A DNA stretch of 61,247 nucleotides, the filler included, from Streblomastix strix (Eukaryota): the NCBI GenBank assembly GCA_008636045.1. It is 2 parts of 2 records of this genome, joined end to end, with 100 filler letters (N's around TTAATTAATTAA, not from the genome) between each part and the next. Parts side by side here need not be neighbours in the genome. Positions count along the whole stretch, not along the records: positions 30,781 to 61,247 come from SNRW01000092.1; 1 more part is not named here. One strand, given 5' to 3'. The notes under the pieces are model-generated. The model was not told the DNA's origin and made no database searches. It worked only from the letters and a program-made list of their open reading frames with translations. Below are positions 56,740-61,247 of this stretch, in pieces (within the stretch, counting starts at the first letter, position 1; each line of letters starts with the position of its first letter). Both the position numbers and the translations under genes were made by a program.

Positions 56740-58680
56740 TAAAAAAATATCAGACAGGAATCGGGAGATAAACAGCGAAATATTTGAACAAATGGGAAAC
56801 AATTAGCATGAAAGATTTCATCCTATAAGGATATACTCTCAAATGGAAAGATAATAATAGTATTAATAAGCTATTTCGTTAGTTTAAAATAATGAAATTT
56901 AGGGGAACGGTAGAAGAAGCAAGAGAAAACAAGATAATGTTGGAAGAGGAATTGAAAGAGAACATTGTAATACCGATCAGAAAAAAACAAATTAAATGGT
57001 ATAACCCGACATTCATGATAATGAAAGCAAAAGGTAAATGGAGAAAGATAATATATGCGAAAGCGTTGAGTAAATAGAATGCAGACATCCACTTCAAGAT
57101 GCACGATTCGAACGAGGTGAAACAAAAAAATTGACTTGGAGATTGGGGCGCTTCACTAGACCTTTCCTCCGCGTTTCATCATCTAATAGTCCAATCAGAA
57201 TCACAACCATACCTAACATTCGAATTCCAGAACAACCATTACACATATAGAACAATTCCTTTCGGAACCAAATCCTCACCAATATACTTCGTAAAAGCAA
57301 TGGAAACAATTATTCAACAAGTAAAAATGAACATCGAGACTAGAGTAATCAATTACGTAGACGACATCCTTCTACTTCACAAGAACAAAGAAAATCTGAA
57401 GAATATGACTCAGAGAGTAATAGATACATTTAAATATTTCAGATTCATAAAAAACACAAAAAAGAGTTAGACAGAACCGAATCAAACTGCAATATTTCTA
57501 CGATGGAAATGGAATCAAACCAACTCAACAGCAAAAATGAAACTGAAGAAGCAAATACTTTTCCTACACGATCTATACTATATGAGAAGATTGATAAAGT
57601 CAGGAAAAGAGATAACAGTCAAACAAACAGTTAAATTAATAAGAAAAATTAACTACCTAAGATAACAATTTTTAGAAGCTTCACTCTTATTGCACACAAC
57701 GGACCATCAGAATGCATAAGCTGCAAGACTGAAAAGATGGAATACAACGATGATAATGAACATGAATGCAATTCCAGATATAAATTGATAAATAGCGAAA
57801 CTCACAGTTAACATTCCAGTGAAATTAATACAGATACCACCACAAATGACAATGACAACTGATGCAGCACCCAATGGATGGGATTCAATATTAGACAAAG
57901 GATTGGAAATGATAACAATGGCTCATGGAACTTGGAATAAAAGATATGCGATGCTAACAAGCTATAACAAGGAAATTAAAGCTATAACTTAAGTCCTACT
58001 AAATTTCGCTAAAACTTTAAAGAATTTGCGAGTTCGATCTCTAGCGATCAGAAACGATAACAGTACTGCAGTTTTCGACATCAGGAAATTGAGAGCATCA
58101 ATATCATTAATAAAGGAAATTTAACAAGTACGCTAAACAATAGAAAAGCTATGAATTTAGATCCAGATTACTCACTTCCCAGGAGCTAGAAAACGAGTTC
58201 GCAAACACAGTAAGTAGACTATCAAGAACATAAGGCTATAAACTAAAGGAGAAGATTTTTCTACAGAAATATCTTTATATGAACTTGAACCAAACAATAA
58301 ACTTATTCTCACAACACTTCAATAACCTACTGCCAAGATTCATGTCAACAATAAGAGGATACGGAGAAATAGCAATCAATGCATTCAATCAAACATAGGA
58401 GAAGGAACTACCGTGGATTCATCCTGCTTTCCCTCTCCTTCCAGCAGTTCTGAAGAAGATCAGAGAAGAACAGATCGAGGCAATGATAATAGCCCAACTA
58501 TAGTCAAACCATATTTGGTAAATAAAACTGGTAAACGAGAATGTTCAATCCATTATGCTTGGTTGGAGCAAAGAAATTTTGGAACCAGTAAAATAAATAT
58601 TTAAAAAAAAATGAAACTCTCAATAGACAAGATATGTTGATTCCTGATGGATCGAAGACCAAAAAAGGAAGAAGATTCGG
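56740..58680 (+). pseudogene. DIRS pol: RT, RNase H and methyltransferase-like domain (copy C)
   Basis: WYNPTFMIMKAKGKWRKI...LDLSSAFHHL...IPFGTKSSP...VINYVDDILLLH (~57355); MTTDAAPNGW; IRNDNSTAV; LPWIHP...LLPAVLKKI. Confidence 0.92.
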
Positions 58681-59700
58681 TAGAAAGATTTTGTGAATAC
58701 TAAACGTATCCTAGGGTGCAATAGACACGATTTTATAAGGATAAAGATACAGTATCCAAGGAAGATACTATTATGCAATGGAAAAACTTAAGAAATGGAC
58801 CCAAATCAATCACTGCACAATACTTGATTTATTAACAATGAAACCACACATCATTATAACAGAGGTACTAGCTTAATTCACTTCAGTAAACACTTCAGCA
58901 AGCTCAGCCCTTCAGTTTCTTAATGGAGGATCTTCAATACCCTCTCTCACATTCGACATAGATCTAAAGAATAACCACATGTTTTAATTTACCAGAATAG
59001 TAATTTCAGCACACATGATCGTTAAACCGAAATATGAAGACACATGGAACGTGGGAATACTATTTGACTATTGGAGGATGAGAGGATTGAACCGAAATTT
59101 GACAAATATTGAATTGTAGACCAAACATACTTCACTCCTAATGACTATTTGTTCAATGAGACCAGCCGAAATTGAAGGAAAATCTCTAAAACACTGAGTA
59201 AATTGCGAACAAACTGATAAAGTAGATTTTCGACTACAATCAAAAACAAAGTCTAGATTTCGCTCTCACAAACATCCAAAGAACAAAGATCAAACTTTAT
59301 GTCCTAAATCAACATTTTTTGACTGGTTGAAAAGAATTGATAACAAATACGGTCGATCCATAAGAGATAATAAGTATGGAGCATTATGGTAGAATGAAGA
59401 CATAACTGTACCTGCCATAAAAGGCCAAATCTCACTCAGATTACAGAAATTACCAGATTTGAAGGGTATAAAATGAAAATAAGTTCATACTTTTCGACTC
59501 TCAGAAGCAAAGCAATTAGTAATAATCGATCTAGACGAAACGTTATTAATCACATAAACAGAACTTCTCAGAATTTAAAAATCAACAAATGGGTAATATG
59601 TATTTGCTGAGAGATTAAAAGACAAAGAAATATTAACGAAATTATCTGATACTCGAAGCCAAGTGAAATGTAATCAAATTTCAAAAACTCAATAAAGGTG
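58645..59700 (+). pseudogene. DIRS tyrosine recombinase (copy C)
   Basis: KPKYEDTWNVGILFDYW...LLMTICSMRPAEI...LCPKSTFFDWL...VHTFRLSEA...YVFA. Confidence 0.85.
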
Positions 59701-60856
59701 AAGTTGTTGGAAATAATTTATATACTACTCAATTACCAAAGTTGGACTATTGGTAATTAGAGGATGTATAATAATATACAACTACTTCGCCTTGGACACA
59801 TCCATCAGTCTAAACTCTATAGAAGTGTATTCATATAGTTTTTTACTTTAGTCCCAACCCTTTGTGGCGTTTGTGAATCAATCACTGCACTTATGTATCA
59901 TATACTTTCTTTATTACATCACCTTTAAATCTCCGGGAAATGCCATCACGCAACACTAACAAGTAAGTAAGTGAACCGTTGACAATGGTATCTAATAAGC
60001 TAGTGAACATGAGATGCCAGCAATCATTCATGGGAGGATATGCTCACGCAGTTCGCTGATAGAATTGGAACCGGAATCAAGGATATTTATAATTTTTTGG
60101 CCATTTTATTTAAAATTTAACTATTTTTAACTAAAATAATAACAAGTTTTAACTTTAACATTATACTTTATTTTGTCTATTTAACGTTTTTACATTTAAT
60201 TTTAATCTTTTTGTTCGATGGGAGAACTTCAATGCTTAACTATGTAGTCATTTACTTTGTTTTTTGCTCTGAACACATTATTTGTTTATGTGGAGTTTCT
60301 CCTGCTGGCTCTCTTCTCGCCCATTTTACATTTCTTAAAAATAGCACTTCGTCTATTTTTTCTGCTGGATCTCCGATTGTAAATCCAGATTTATCAATTT
60401 TTTCTACCTTTCTTTTTTGTTTTTTTTTAATGGCCACCCCATTGTAAACATTGTTTGGGGAATGACCAGAAGAATCACTTCAAATAGTTGATGGCAATCA
60501 CTCAATAAAGTCGAAGTTGTTGTATATTATTATACATTTTCTAACATTTTAATTAGTTGAAGTAAAATTCATTAGACTACATATAAAATAAAGTGTGAAC
60601 TATTAAAGTAACATTTTATTATTATTAATTCGTTTCGATTTATGAAACTTTAAATTAATTTTTAAATTAATATTTTGATTTTAAAATAAAAACAGTTTTG
60701 CACTTTGAATTGCATTATCCTAACTAACATGAATTTATTAATATACTAAATTTTTCATTTATTCTCCAAATATAGTGCAATTATTGAGTTTAACTTATTA
60801 TGCATTCGAAAAAAGGCTCCGTATTTTTGAATCAAAATTTAAATACGCAAAACTAA

Positions 60857-61247
60857 ATGCTTTTTTTAATAACCATACTTTTATTTTATAATGTTAGTTA
60901 TTTTATATTTTTCTATAGAGCAATGCTTGAAAATGTGTGCTTCGCCGAGAGCGAATTTGCCTTTAAAGAGTACTTCATAACTCCTACGATAATCTATAAC
61001 GCGCTACTGTTTGCTATTTATTTGATCATATTTGTGGTTATCTATTATTTTTCAAACAGGGCTCTTCTTCTTATATTCTCAATAGCAGTCACGGTATACT
61101 ATTTCCAATAGTTGCCAAGTACGCGCGACGAAGACTCGGATTCACTCGCACGGGAAGCTTAAGAAAAGAAAGTTGATACAGAACGTATCATTGAATACAT
61201 TCTTCTAATCTATGATTACATCCAGCTGATCAGCATCCCAATTTTTG
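60857..61247 (+). CDS. 5' part of a host membrane protein (runs off the window)
   Basis: Hydrophobic helices (IIYNALLFAIYLIIFVVIYYF; IIEYILLIYDYIQLISIPIL). Frame stays open past TAG/TAA with the Gln code; start codon uncertain. Confidence 0.55.

Larger units (their letters stand above)
52829..60540 (+). mobile_element. Near full-length decayed DIRS-type retrotransposon (copy C), ~7.7 kb
   Basis: Inverted repeats ~52860-52990 and ~60410-60540, an internal complementary region at 59687-59757, and gag-like, RT, RNase H, MT-like and YR regions. Confidence 0.88.

Overview
Very AT-rich eukaryotic (protist) DNA that is only readable if TAA and TAG encode Gln and TGA is the sole stop. The supplied standard-code ORF track is therefore mostly fragments or antisense noise. 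The code, short GT-AG introns and composition suggest an oxymonad such as Streblomastix (inference). Two contigs are joined by an N/TTAATTAATTAA/N linker at 30681-30780. Left contig: ~22 kb of decayed Polinton/Maverick-like (endogenous virus-like) DNA that looks like two related units. It carries two protein-primed PolB genes, two rve-like integrases with an unusual DD(35)D triad, an A32-like packaging ATPase, an intact HNH nuclease with a tandem nuclease-less paralog, a Prim-Pol/SF3 primase-helicase and several orphan ORFs; no capsid gene was recognised. A 5'-truncated DIRS retrotransposon, a disrupted DUS1-like gene and a 3-RRM gene ending in a TAA-encoded polyQ tract follow. Right contig: the 3' end of a host gene, a cyclin-like pseudogene, two near full-length decayed DIRS (tyrosine-recombinase) retrotransposons with visible terminal repeats (one interrupted by a 325-bp insertion with a 9-bp TSD), a hAT transposase relic and membrane-protein genes. 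All translations were done by hand, and boundaries of decayed genes are approximate.
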